64,000 nt of DNA from assembly GCA_043426375.1 (NCBI GenBank), contig JBHWRC010000100.1, positions 5,359 to 69,358 on the forward strand, written 5' to 3'. Numbering within the stretch: position 1 is the first letter of the stretch; every line of letters begins with the position of its first letter. The notes below the pieces were generated by a model. It worked only from the letters and a program-made list of their open reading frames with translations. It was not told the origin of the DNA and ran no database searches. The position numbers were made by a program, and so were the translations under genes. The stretch comes from Anaerococcus sp. GTDB lineage: Bacteria > Bacillota > Clostridia > Tissierellales > Peptoniphilaceae. Shown here one piece after another: positions 30,208-40,247 of the stretch.

Positions 30208-31416
30208 TTATAATATTACATATCTTTTTAGCCTATCTAAGGCTTCTTTCACTTTTTCTAAAGGAAGGGCTAAATTCATTCTTATAGAGTACTTTCCATT
30301 AAAAGGTCTTCCATCTTGATAGGCTACTCCAACATCCCAGCCTTTTTTTAGTATTTCTTCAATGTCTACATTTTTTTCTTTACAATATTCTTCGAAATCT
30401 AGAAAGAGCATATAGGTTCCCTCTGGTTTTGATAAACTTACACCTTTAAAATTATCATTTATAAAATCATAGGCGTAATTTACATTTTTAGAAATAACAT
30501 CATTTAATTCATCTAACCACTCATTTCCAGTTTTACTGTAAGCACCTATCAAAGCATGCATCGATAAAACATTCATTCCATTGTAGTGTGAAAGAGATGA
30601 TTCTTTTAAAACTCTATTTCTTAAATATTCGTTATAGATTATATGATAGCTACCAACAAGGCCTGCAAGGTTGAAGGTTTTGCTAGGAGCATACAAGGCT
30701 ACTGTGTTTTCGTGCGCATAGGCACTTACTTGTTGGGTAGGAGTTTGTACGTTTCCATTTAGCAAAATATCTGACCAAATTTCATCAGAAACTATTTTTA
30801 CATCGTGTTTTTCAAAAATATCTACAGCTTTTTTTAGCTCATCTTTACTCCAAACTCTGCCGGTTGGATTGTGAGGATTACACATAATTGTTGCAGAAAT
30901 TTTCTCATCAACAATTTTTCTTTCCATATCTTCATAATCCATAACCCACTTTCCGTTTTCATCTTTGACTAATTCGGAGTGAATAATATTATAACCGTTA
31001 TTTACAAGTGACATAGTAAAACCAATATAGGTTGGGGAATGAACCAATACCTTATCCCCTCTTGAACAAAATACATTAAGAGCAGAAATCACTCCACCAA
31101 GGACACCATTTTCGTAACCAATATGGCAAGGCTTAATATCATTTACATTTTTTCTATCTTTGTGCCAATTTATTATGGCATTAAAATATTCATCAGTCGG
31201 AGCAAAATATCCAAAAGCAGGGTGCTTTACTCTTTTTATAATAGCGTCTTGGATAGATGGGGCAGTAGCAAAATTCATATCAGCCACCCACATAGGTATA
31301 GAATCAAAACCATCCTTTGCTTTATCAGGGCTCATACCAGGAAAAGCTCCCAGCCCATCAACTGCAATAGCATCTTTACCATGTCTTTCAAGTATTTCAT
31401 TAAATTTAAATTTCAT
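30208..31416 (-). CDS. PatB/MalY family PLP-dependent C-S lyase
   Basis: PMWVADM, CNPHNPTG, SDEI, APSKTFNLAG (PLP lysine), PEGTY. Confidence 0.9.
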   Translation of the reverse strand: MKFKFNEILERHGKDAIAVDGLGAFPGMSPDKAKDGFDSIPMWVADMNFATAPSIQDAIIKRVKHPAFGYFAPTDEYFNAIINWHKDRKNVNDIKPCHIGYENGVLGGVISALNVFCSRGDKVLVHSPTYIGFTMSLVNNGYNIIHSELVKDENGKWVMDYEDMERKIVDEKISATIMCNPHNPTGRVWSKDELKKAVDIFEKHDVKIVSDEIWSDILLNGNVQTPTQQVSAYAHENTVALYAPSKTFNLAGLVGSYHIIYNEYLRNRVLKESSLSHYNGMNVLSMHALIGAYSKTGNEWLDELNDVISKNVNYAYDFINDNFKGVSLSKPEGTYMLFLDFEEYCKEKNVDIEEILKKGWDVGVAYQDGRPFNGKYSIRMNLALPLEKVKEALDRLKRYVIL

Positions 31417-31656
31417 AATTTCCTCCTAATGTTTTAGAGCTCTATTAGTCCATTGTTTTGAATGTTTTTATATTTGTTAAATAGCTAAGTTTATTTGAAA
31501 ATTAATTACTATTTATGAAGTTACGAATAACAAAGACCTGCATCTAATTCATAAGTCCATAAACTAATCATAGTATAAATGTAATTGTTATTATAGCCAA
31601 TGTGAATTTTCTTTTTCTTTCATTAGTATTTCCTTTTAAATATCCGGATAATACAG

Positions 31657-31687
31657 AAAATACAGGGATAGAAAGTTCCATCCCTGA
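31657..31687 (-). terminator. Terminator after trpS-NSS unit
   Basis: CAGGGAT...ATCCCTG stem, T-rich tail on the minus strand. Confidence 0.6.
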
Positions 31688-31720
31688 TTAAATATTAAAA
31701 AATTATAACTTTTAAAGATT

Positions 31721-33019
31721 TTAATGGAATAATATAGATGCTAAGCAAACTATTATTACAAGAGGTGTGTAGACAAACCTGCCAAGTCTTATAAAACTAT
31801 AAGTTTTTTTCTTTTTTGATCCCTTATTTATTTCTTCCAAAAGAACCTTAGGATCCATAATATAAAACCAAACTACAGCTCCAAGCATGGCTCCCAGAGG
31901 TATAAGGTAGTAGATGGTTATGTCCATCAAGTAAGACCACTTTGCAAGCGGATGTAGGTCTATACCTAAAATTAAAACAAGTCCGCCTACTAGAATCAGG
32001 GCTTTTTTGAAATCTATCTTAAATTCCTCGTTTAAGGTATGGGCAATCGATTCAAAAATATTTTGAAGTGATGTAAGACCTGCTAAAATTATTGCAGCAT
32101 AAAATAAAACTGCAAATCCTCTTCCAATCCTCATGGAGTTGAAAATACTTGGTAGGATTTGAAATATAAGGGCTGGACCTTCTGCATGGTGCATAGAAAA
32201 TACAATGATAGATGGAACGATTATGAAGGCAGAAAGTAGTGCCACTATTGTATCAAAAAGTCCTGTAAGTTTAGAGTTTGTAACAATATCGTGGTCATCT
32301 GTAAGCATCCTACCTACAAAAATCATCCCAAAACCTGTAATCGATAGGGCAAAAAGAGCATCTCCCATAGCTGATATGACCGTTCCAATATTCATATCTT
32401 TCCAATCAAACCTAAAAAGTAGCCTATATCCTTCTCCAATGTTTGGAAGCATTAACATCCTAAATAAAACGATTATGTATATTACAATCATAGTTGGCAT
32501 AAGAATTGAGTTAAGCATCTGAACTGACTTAAAGCCACCTAGACTTATTAAAACTACCATGGCTATAATTAAAAAATGGACTTCCGTAACTGCAAACGAC
32601 CTTGAAGAAAAGTCTTCAAACCAAACTGTTGGAGGCGTCATAAGTAGGGTCCCATTTACTGTATCTATAAGAGCCTTGGCCACGTAAGATACTATGATTG
32701 TATAACCTACAGCAATTATTAAAGAAATAATTAGGGGTAAATATCCATAGAATTTTGCTATTTTAGACTTTCTCCAGCCTGTCCTAATAGCTTTTTTGTA
32801 TGAATTGACAACCGAACCTTTTCCCATTCTCCCAATAGCAAATTCACTTGAAAGTCCAACATAGGAAAAAAGTGATATGAAAAATAGGTAAAAAATCAGA
32901 AAGAATATGCCTCCATGGTGGAATTTATATGGAAACCCCCAAACATTTGCCATACCCACAGCAGATCCTGCCGCGGATAGGACAAATATTATTTTGGACT
33001 TTGTCTTTGGAAGTTTCAT
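31721..33019 (-). CDS. Sodium-dependent transporter, NSS family (second paralog)
   Basis: GSAVGMANVWGFPYKF shared with 28719-30023; 2 nt after trpS stop. Confidence 0.9.
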   Translation of the reverse strand: MKLPKTKSKIIFVLSAAGSAVGMANVWGFPYKFHHGGIFFLIFYLFFISLFSYVGLSSEFAIGRMGKGSVVNSYKKAIRTGWRKSKIAKFYGYLPLIISLIIAVGYTIIVSYVAKALIDTVNGTLLMTPPTVWFEDFSSRSFAVTEVHFLIIAMVVLISLGGFKSVQMLNSILMPTMIVIYIIVLFRMLMLPNIGEGYRLLFRFDWKDMNIGTVISAMGDALFALSITGFGMIFVGRMLTDDHDIVTNSKLTGLFDTIVALLSAFIIVPSIIVFSMHHAEGPALIFQILPSIFNSMRIGRGFAVLFYAAIILAGLTSLQNIFESIAHTLNEEFKIDFKKALILVGGLVLILGIDLHPLAKWSYLMDITIYYLIPLGAMLGAVVWFYIMDPKVLLEEINKGSKKKKTYSFIRLGRFVYTPLVIIVCLASILFH

Positions 33020-33021
33020 AC

Positions 33022-34107
33022 TTAGCCCCTGTATTTATCTTGCATCTTGTTTACTAGGTCAGGATCATTGAAATAATCAATTCCCATGGCTTTTTTAACC
33101 TGGTCTAGTTTGGCACGCCCTACATTTCTGGCATCTTCTGTACCACGTCTTAGAATTTCAAAAACAGTTTTTATATCTTTTTCGTATTCGGCACGTCTTT
33201 TTCTTATTGGCTCAAGTTCATCTTCTAGGACCTTGATTAAAAACTTTTTGCATTTGACATCTCCAAGACCACCTCTTTGGTAGTGAGCTTTTAGTTCGTC
33301 TAAGTTTTTGTATTCTGGCAGGTATTTTTCAAAGTGGCTGTCATTTGAAAATACATCTAGGTAGGTAAAGACAATATTTCCCTCGACCTTGCCTGGATCG
33401 TCTATATTGATATGGTCTGGGTCTGTGTACATAGCCATAACTTTTTTCTTGACAGTTTTCTTATCATCTGCAAGATAGATTGCATTTCCTAGTGATTTAC
33501 TCATCTTCGCTGACCCGTCTATTCCTGGCATGCGGCGGGCCATTTTAGATTCTGGTAGGACTGCTTTTGGTTCTATAAAGACCTCTCCGTATATATTATT
33601 AAAGGATCTTGCAATTTCTCTTGCCTGCTCAAGCATTGGTTCCTGGTCTTCGCCTACTGGCACTATATTTGCATCAAATAACAAAATGTCAGCAGCCTGG
33701 CTTACTGGGTAGATTAAAAATCCAGCAGGAAGTGAGGTTTCAAAATTTCTTAGTTTTATTTCTGATTTGACAGTTGGGTTTCTCTCTAATCTTGAAAGTG
33801 TAACTAGGTTTAGGTAATAGAAGGTAAGTTCTGTTAACTCTGCAATTTGAGACTGGATAAAAATACTTACCTTATCTGGGTCTATTCCACAGCTTAAATA
33901 ATCTAGTGCAACTTCGATAAGGTTTTCACGAATCTTTGCTGGATTATCGAAATTATCTGTAAGGGCCTGACTGTCAGCAATCATTACATACATCTTGTCA
34001 TAATCGCCCTCGTTTTGCATCTTTACCCTATTTTTAAGGCTTCCTACATAGTGTCCAAGGTGGAGCCTGCCTGTAGGTCTATCCCCTGTCAAAATTATAT
34101 TTCCCAT
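33022..34107 (-). CDS. trpS: Tryptophan--tRNA ligase
   Basis: TGDRPTGRLHLGH, YPVSQAADI, VPVGEDQ, KMSKS. Confidence 0.97.
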   Translation of the reverse strand: MGNIILTGDRPTGRLHLGHYVGSLKNRVKMQNEGDYDKMYVMIADSQALTDNFDNPAKIRENLIEVALDYLSCGIDPDKVSIFIQSQIAELTELTFYYLNLVTLSRLERNPTVKSEIKLRNFETSLPAGFLIYPVSQAADILLFDANIVPVGEDQEPMLEQAREIARSFNNIYGEVFIEPKAVLPESKMARRMPGIDGSAKMSKSLGNAIYLADDKKTVKKKVMAMYTDPDHINIDDPGKVEGNIVFTYLDVFSNDSHFEKYLPEYKNLDELKAHYQRGGLGDVKCKKFLIKVLEDELEPIRKRRAEYEKDIKTVFEILRRGTEDARNVGRAKLDQVKKAMGIDYFNDPDLVNKMQDKYRG

Positions 34108-34127
34108 AAATTCTCCTTTATCAATGT

Positions 34128-34154
34128 AAAAAATGGGAAGCTTTTGCTTCCCTA
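34128..34154 (-). terminator. Terminator after prfB
   Basis: Minus strand GGGAAGC-AAAA-GCTTCCC followed by ATTTTTT. Confidence 0.7.
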
Positions 34155-35265
34155 TTAATTTTCGTTATTAGCTAGATATGCATCTATAAAGCCCTGGATA
34201 TCACCATCCATAACAGCTTCTACATTTCCCATCTCATAGTTTGTCCTATGATCTTTGACCATGGTATATGGTTGGAAAACGTAAGATCTTATCTGACTAC
34301 CCCAGGCAATTTGTGAATAGCTACCTTGGATATCTTCTATTTTTTCTTTTTTCTCTTCTTCTTTGATTTGAATTAGCTTAGAAATAAGGAGGTTCATCGC
34401 TGTTTCCCTATTTTGCATCTGGCTTCTTTCAGCCTGACTTTGGGCAACTACGCCTGTTGGTATGTGGGTAATTCTAACGGCTGAGTCAGTTTTGTTTACG
34501 TGCTGGCCGCCAGCCCCACTTGCCCTGTAGGTATCAATCCTTAAGTCAGATGGATCGATTTCTATACTTGTATCCTCATCTAATTCTGGAAATATATCTA
34601 CCGAAGAAAAGGATGTATGACGTCTAGATTGGCTATCAAAAGGAGATATTCTTACAAGTCTGTGGACTCCTTTTTCTGCCTTTAGGTAGCCATAGGCGTA
34701 AGGTCCTATTACATGTAGGGTTACTGACTTAATTCCCCCTGCTTCTTCGTTGTTTAAATCCTTAACTTCTACCTTAAAGCCTTTATTTTCACAATATCTT
34801 TTATACATCCTAAAAAGCATATCTGCCCAGTCTGTCGCCTCTAGACCACCTGCACCTGCATTTATAGATAGGTATGCATTATTCCTATCATATTCTCCGT
34901 CAAGTTGAGTCTTAAGTTTTAGACTGTTTATTGTTTTACTTAAATCTTTTAGATTAGAATCGACATCTTTTAGAGTCTCTGTTTCGTCTTCATCACTTAG
35001 TTCAACTAGATCTATTAGGTCTTTGTTGTCGTTTAGAGAATCCCTTAAGAATTGGTATTCCTCAAGGTCTTCCTTTTTGTTAGACAGATTAGCCATAGTT
35101 TTAGATGCCTTATCAGAATCATCCCAAAAGTCTGGCTTTAGAGTCTCACTTTGAAGTTTGTCGATTTCTTCCTTTAGCTTAGCCGGGTCAAAGACTATCT
35201 CCTACTAAGCTTAAAGTTTCTTCTAGATTTTTTATTTCTTCTTTTAGTTCAAATATTTCTCTCAT
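34155..35265 (-). CDS. prfB: Peptide chain release factor 2, programmed +1 frameshift
   Basis: SPF and GGQ motifs. The first 25 codons from ATG 35265 end in CTT TGA C (35193-35187), preceded by SD-like AGGAGA; the +1 frame continues into the track ORF. Confidence 0.96.
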
Positions 35266-35266
35266 A

Positions 35267-37996
35267 TTATTTCTTTACTGTTGATTTCTTAGCTTCACGC
35301 TCTAGTCTTCTGCGCTCTGCCCTATTTAAACTTTCGTAGTCTTCTTCATCAGTTGAAGAACCAGTTACGTCGTCGTGGCTAGCATCTTCTGGTACTAGAA
35401 CTTGCTTTCTTTGGATGTTTTGTCTGATTTCTACATTCATCATGTATTTTACAGTTTCTTCTTGGATTGCTCTGGTCATTTCTTCATACATTTCAAAACC
35501 TTCGTTGGTGTAGGCTCTTACTGGGTCTTCTTGGCCCATTGCCCTAACGCCGATTTCTTTACGCATTTGATCCATTGCATCTATGTGATCCATCCATTTT
35601 TGATCGATTACCCTTAGAAGGATTACCCTTTCTACTTCTCTCATATTATCTGGTCCGAAGGTCGCTTCTTTGTCAGCATATTTTGCAAGGGTAGCATTTG
35701 TAATATATTCGATTAGGTTATCTTGGGTGTATGAGTTTATATTTTCAAAATGAAGTTGAGTTACAGGCACACCAAGACCGTTTAGATAGTTAAGTAGGGC
35801 TGTCATTTCCCAATTTTCTGGCTTAACTTCTGAGTTTGTAAAGGTATAAACTGCTGTTCTTATTACATCCTTGATCATATCTAGGATAGTTTCTTTCATG
35901 TCTTCGCCCATAAGAACTTGACGTCTTTCGTTATAGATTATAGTTCTTTGCTTATTCATTACGTCGTCGTATTGTAGGACTCTTTTTCTTGTAGCGAAGT
36001 TGTTTGCTTCTACTCTTGTTTGAGCCTTTTCAATCGATCTTGAAACCATTCTTGAAACTATTGGTTCATTTTCGTCAAAGTCAGCTTTTTGGACAAATTT
36101 TGCCACAGCTTCCCCACCGTTAAGTCTGATTAGATCATCTTCTAGAGATATAAAGAATCTTGACTTGCCTGGGTCACCTTGACGGCCTGAACGACCCCTA
36201 AGCTGGTTGTCTATACGTCTTGATTCGTGTCTTTCAGAACCAATTATATATAGGCCACCTACTTCTAATACTTGTTTTTCTTCTTCCTTGATACCTGGTC
36301 TAAATTGATCTTTATAGTGTCTAAATCTCTTTCTGATATCTAGGATTTCTTGATTGTCTGTAGCTGAGAATGAATCAACTTCTTCAATTAATTCTTCAGA
36401 AACACCCTCTCTTCTTAGCTTTTGTTTTGCCATGAAGTCTACGTTACCGCCAAGAGTAATATCTGTACCACGTCCTGCCATGTTGGTTGCAATTGTAACT
36501 GCACCAAGTCTTCCTGCTTGGGCAACAATTTCCGCTTCTCTTTCATGGTTTTTAGCGTTTAGGACTGTGTGTTTGACACCAGCTTTTTTAAGGGCATCTG
36601 ATAGTCTTTCACTTGCCTCGATAGAAATTGTACCTACAAGGATTGGTTGGCCTGTAGCGTGGACCTTGTTAATTTCGTTTATAATAGCATTGAATTTGCC
36701 TCGTTCGTTGATATATACATAGTCGTTGTCGTCTTCCCTTTGAACTGGTCTGTTAGTTGGGATTTCAACTACGTCTAGCTTATAAATTTCGTCAAATTCA
36801 TCTTCTTCTGTCTTTGCAGTACCAGTCATGCCTGATAATTTATCATACATTCTAAAGTAGTTTTGGAAGGTAATGGTGGCAAGTGTCTTACTTTCTGCCT
36901 TAACTTCTACGCCTTCCTTAGCTTCTATAGCTTGGTGGAGTCCGTCAGAGAATCTCCTACCTTGCATGATACGACCAGTAAATTCATCTACGATTTCAAC
37001 TTCGCCGTGGTTTACAACATAGTCGATGTCTTTTGTCATTGTTGTATTTGCCTTAAGGGCGTTGTTGATATAGTGAGATAATTCTAGGTTTTCTGTATCA
37101 GATAAGTTATCTATGCCAAAGAAATCTTCAGCCTTTTTTGTACCCTTCTCTGTAAGGTTTGATGTTTTTCTCTTTTCATCTACAAGGAAGTCTACGTCTT
37201 CTACCTTAAATTCCCTATCAAATGGGTCAATATCAGCATCTTCATTTGGATCTAGGATCCTACCTTCAAGAGTTTTAATAAATTCATTTGCTTTTTCATA
37301 GGTGTCTGTAGATTCATCACCTTGACCAGAGATAATAAGTGGTGTTCTCGCCTCATCTATAAGGATTGAGTCCACCTCATCAACTATAGAGTAAAATAGT
37401 CCACGTTGAACCATGTCTTCTTTATATATAACCATGTTATCTCTTAGGTAGTCGAAACCAAATTGGTTATTTGTACCGTAGGTAATATCTGCGTTGTAGT
37501 TTTCGCGTCTTTCGCTGTTGGTAAGTCCATAGATAATACAACCTACAGAAAGTCCTAGCCAAGTGTGAACTTTACCCATCCACTCCTGGTCACGCTTTGC
37601 AAGGTAGTCGTTTACAGTAACTACATGGACACCCTTGCCTGCAAGGGCATTTAGATAAGATGGTAGGGTAGCTACAAGAGTCTTACCTTCACCAGTCTTC
37701 ATTTCTGCAATCTGTCCATTATGTAGAACAATACCACCTAATAGCTGCACTGGATAATGCTTCATACCAAGAACCCTATCGCTTGCTTCTCTAACTACTG
37801 CAAAGGCCTCAACAAGGAGGTCATCTAGGGTTTCACCGTTTTTTAATCTTTCTTTAAATTCAATTGTTTTATGTTGTAACTGTTCATCAGTTAACTTTTG
37901 CATATCTTCATCTAGTGCTAAAATCTTTTTAACTATTTTATTGTTTTCATCGATTTCTTTTTGACTAAATGATTTAAATAAATTAAATAATGCCAA
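35267..37996 (-). CDS. secA: Preprotein translocase ATPase SecA
   Basis: MKTGEGKT, DEVDSILIDEARTPLIISG, TNMAGRGTDI, RIDNQLRGRSGRQGD. Likely TTG start at 37996 behind GAAGGTG. Confidence 0.97.
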   Translation of the reverse strand: MALFNLFKSFSQKEIDENNKIVKKILALDEDMQKLTDEQLQHKTIEFKERLKNGETLDDLLVEAFAVVREASDRVLGMKHYPVQLLGGIVLHNGQIAEMKTGEGKTLVATLPSYLNALAGKGVHVVTVNDYLAKRDQEWMGKVHTWLGLSVGCIIYGLTNSERRENYNADITYGTNNQFGFDYLRDNMVIYKEDMVQRGLFYSIVDEVDSILIDEARTPLIISGQGDESTDTYEKANEFIKTLEGRILDPNEDADIDPFDREFKVEDVDFLVDEKRKTSNLTEKGTKKAEDFFGIDNLSDTENLELSHYINNALKANTTMTKDIDYVVNHGEVEIVDEFTGRIMQGRRFSDGLHQAIEAKEGVEVKAESKTLATITFQNYFRMYDKLSGMTGTAKTEEDEFDEIYKLDVVEIPTNRPVQREDDNDYVYINERGKFNAIINEINKVHATGQPILVGTISIEASERLSDALKKAGVKHTVLNAKNHEREAEIVAQAGRLGAVTIATNMAGRGTDITLGGNVDFMAKQKLRREGVSEELIEEVDSFSATDNQEILDIRKRFRHYKDQFRPGIKEEEKQVLEVGGLYIIGSERHESRRIDNQLRGRSGRQGDPGKSRFFISLEDDLIRLNGGEAVAKFVQKADFDENEPIVSRMVSRSIEKAQTRVEANNFATRKRVLQYDDVMNKQRTIIYNERRQVLMGEDMKETILDMIKDVIRTAVYTFTNSEVKPENWEMTALLNYLNGLGVPVTQLHFENINSYTQDNLIEYITNATLAKYADKEATFGPDNMREVERVILLRVIDQKWMDHIDAMDQMRKEIGVRAMGQEDPVRAYTNEGFEMYEEMTRAIQEETVKYMMNVEIRQNIQRKQVLVPEDASHDDVTGSSTDEEDYESLNRAERRRLEREAKKSTVKK

Positions 37997-38251
37997 ATTC
38001 TTCACCTTCCAATTCTTCACTTATCCTACCCTTATTATACAAAATTTCAATCAAATATAGTATATAAAGCCAGGATACATGACCATGCTTTTATATATAA
38101 AGACTAATTATTGATTTCGTAAAATAATTGATAATGATTTTAATCCACTATATATTATATAGGCTTAAAAACCATTATTCAATTAAATATATAGATAAAA
38201 ACTTATTTTAAAAATAAAAAGACCCTAAAGATACTTAGGGCCGTTAAAATC

Positions 38252-39214
38252 TTATTTCTGATCTAATTTTTGGTCAAGCTTGTGGATAGAATCTATATAC
38301 CTAATTGTTCCACTAGGTAGTCTCAAAAGTAGGGAATGGGTTTGGGCCATGTTGTTATTCATATAAGAAACTCCCTTTAGAAGGGTCCCGTCAGTAATAC
38401 CTGTCGCAGCAAAGATTACATCATCGCCCTTTACAAGGTCGTCAATATTATAAACTTTATCAAAATCAACTCCCATATTTAGGCATCTTTTGACCTGCTT
38501 ATAATCTGATGGGGCAAAAGTACCTTGGAAGTCTCCTCCAAGACACTTAAGGGCTGCTGCTGCAATTACCCCTTCTGGGGCTCCGCCTACTCCCATAATC
38601 AAATCGATTTTGCCATTAGATAGACAGGTTGCTATAGCTGTAAGTATATCCCCATCTTCAACCATAGAAATTCTTGCTCCTGCATCCCTAATCTCTCTAA
38701 CTAAGCCTTCGTGCCTTTCTCTATGTAGGACAGATACTGTCACATCACCTATCTTTTTACCAAGGGCCTTGGCCACATTTTCTATATTTTCCTTGACTGG
38801 TTTATTTATATCTATTTTTCCCTTGGCAAGTGGACCTGCGGCAATTTTTTTCATGTAAACATCAGGTGCATTTAACAGGCAGCCTTCTGGAGCTACAGCA
38901 ATAACTGAAATAGAATTACTTGTACCATTTGCAAGTGAAGTTGTACCATCAATTGGATCTACCGCTATATCCACCTGATTAGGGGCATCAGGGTCTCCTA
39001 TCTGCTCTCCAATATAAAGCATAGGGGCTTCATCAATTTCCCCCTCACCTATAACAACCTTTCCATTTATATCAAGATATGAAAACATTGCCCTCATTTG
39101 ATCAACTGCAATATTATCAGAATCATTTTTCTTGCCTTGACCAAGATATTTTCCAGAACCAAGGGCAGCTGCTTCAGTTACTCTACATAAATTGATACCT
39201 AGATCTCTATCCAT
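38252..39214 (-). CDS. glpX: Class II fructose-1,6-bisphosphatase
   Basis: RVTEAAA, VIGEGEIDEAPML, DIAVDPIDGT, GGAPEG, ATGITDG. Confidence 0.95.
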   Translation of the reverse strand: MDRDLGINLCRVTEAAALGSGKYLGQGKKNDSDNIAVDQMRAMFSYLDINGKVVIGEGEIDEAPMLYIGEQIGDPDAPNQVDIAVDPIDGTTSLANGTSNSISVIAVAPEGCLLNAPDVYMKKIAAGPLAKGKIDINKPVKENIENVAKALGKKIGDVTVSVLHRERHEGLVREIRDAGARISMVEDGDILTAIATCLSNGKIDLIMGVGGAPEGVIAAAALKCLGGDFQGTFAPSDYKQVKRCLNMGVDFDKVYNIDDLVKGDDVIFAATGITDGTLLKGVSYMNNNMAQTHSLLLRLPSGTIRYIDSIHKLDQKLDQK

Positions 39215-39333
39215 TTCCTCTCCTTAATTATTTTTGAAATCGTTTATTTTATAATTTTAATTTACCAGTTTTTTCATCAAATTCTACAATATTTTTACAA
39301 ATTTTTAACAAAAAACCTATAAGCTTGATAAAC

Positions 39334-40227
39334 TTATAGGCCTAAAATATTTTTGTATTTTTCAAAATCTTCTGGAATTTCTTGATCAAAAGACACTTGT
39401 TTACCGTCCTTATCTGTAAAAGCTAGGTGGGTACAGTGAAGGAGCGGATAATCAAGATTAAATTTGTGTTTGTAATTTCCATAGACTGGATCACCTAGAA
39501 GAGGGTGGTTTAAATCTGTCATATGGACTCTGATTTGATGAGTTCTGCCTGTAATTATATGGACTTTTACCAGGCTAAAGCCATCTGTTTCGCTTATTAC
39601 CTCATATTCTGAAATCGCTACTCGTCCATTTGGCCTAACTGCCATCTTCCTTCTGTTGTGGGGATCCCTATCCATATAATTTTCTATCCTGGCTTTTTTT
39701 TCTTTAAAATTCCCAAAGACAATTGCAAGATATTCCTTCCTAACTTGTCTGGTTTCAAAAAGCTTTTTTAGATAATGGTAGGATTCATTGGTTTTTGCTA
39801 TTACCATAAGGCCTGTCGTATCCTTATCAAGTCTATGGACAATGCCGGGCCTGTCCTCTCCTCCAATGTGAGAAAGGCCGTCGTAACCGTATTTGAAAAG
39901 AAGTGCATTAACCAGAGTTCCTGTCACAATAGATCCTGCTGGGTGGACAATTAGGTTTTTTTGCTTATTAATTACCGCATAGTCTTCGTTTTCGTAGACA
40001 ATATCTAGGGCAATATCCTCTGCCACAATTTCCGGCACCTCAAAAAGAGAGTCATCTATAAAGATTTCATCTCCCATTTCCAGTTTGAAGGATGGTTTTA
40101 TTTTTCTATCATTTACTTTTATTAAAGAAGCTTTGATAAAGTCCTTTATCTTCTCTCTTGGGATTTCCTCAAGCTCGTCAGATATATACTTATCAACCCT
40201 TATTATTTCATCAGCTATTAGTATCAT
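39334..40227 (-). CDS. RluA-family pseudouridine synthase (RluD-like, with S4 domain)
   Basis: RPGIVHRLDKDTTG, TGRTHQIRVH, GDPVYG. Confidence 0.93.
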   Translation of the reverse strand: MILIADEIIRVDKYISDELEEIPREKIKDFIKASLIKVNDRKIKPSFKLEMGDEIFIDDSLFEVPEIVAEDIALDIVYENEDYAVINKQKNLIVHPAGSIVTGTLVNALLFKYGYDGLSHIGGEDRPGIVHRLDKDTTGLMVIAKTNESYHYLKKLFETRQVRKEYLAIVFGNFKEKKARIENYMDRDPHNRRKMAVRPNGRVAISEYEVISETDGFSLVKVHIITGRTHQIRVHMTDLNHPLLGDPVYGNYKHKFNLDYPLLHCTHLAFTDKDGKQVSFDQEIPEDFEKYKNILGL

Positions 40228-40247
40228 AGGATTATTATATAAGATTT

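Noticed and set aside
31591..31623. Mini-ORF MKEKENSHWL on the minus strand upstream of the patB-like gene, as a possible leader peptide
   Set aside because: Single Trp codon and no alternative hairpins seen; it overlaps a TATAAT that is more simply a promoter.
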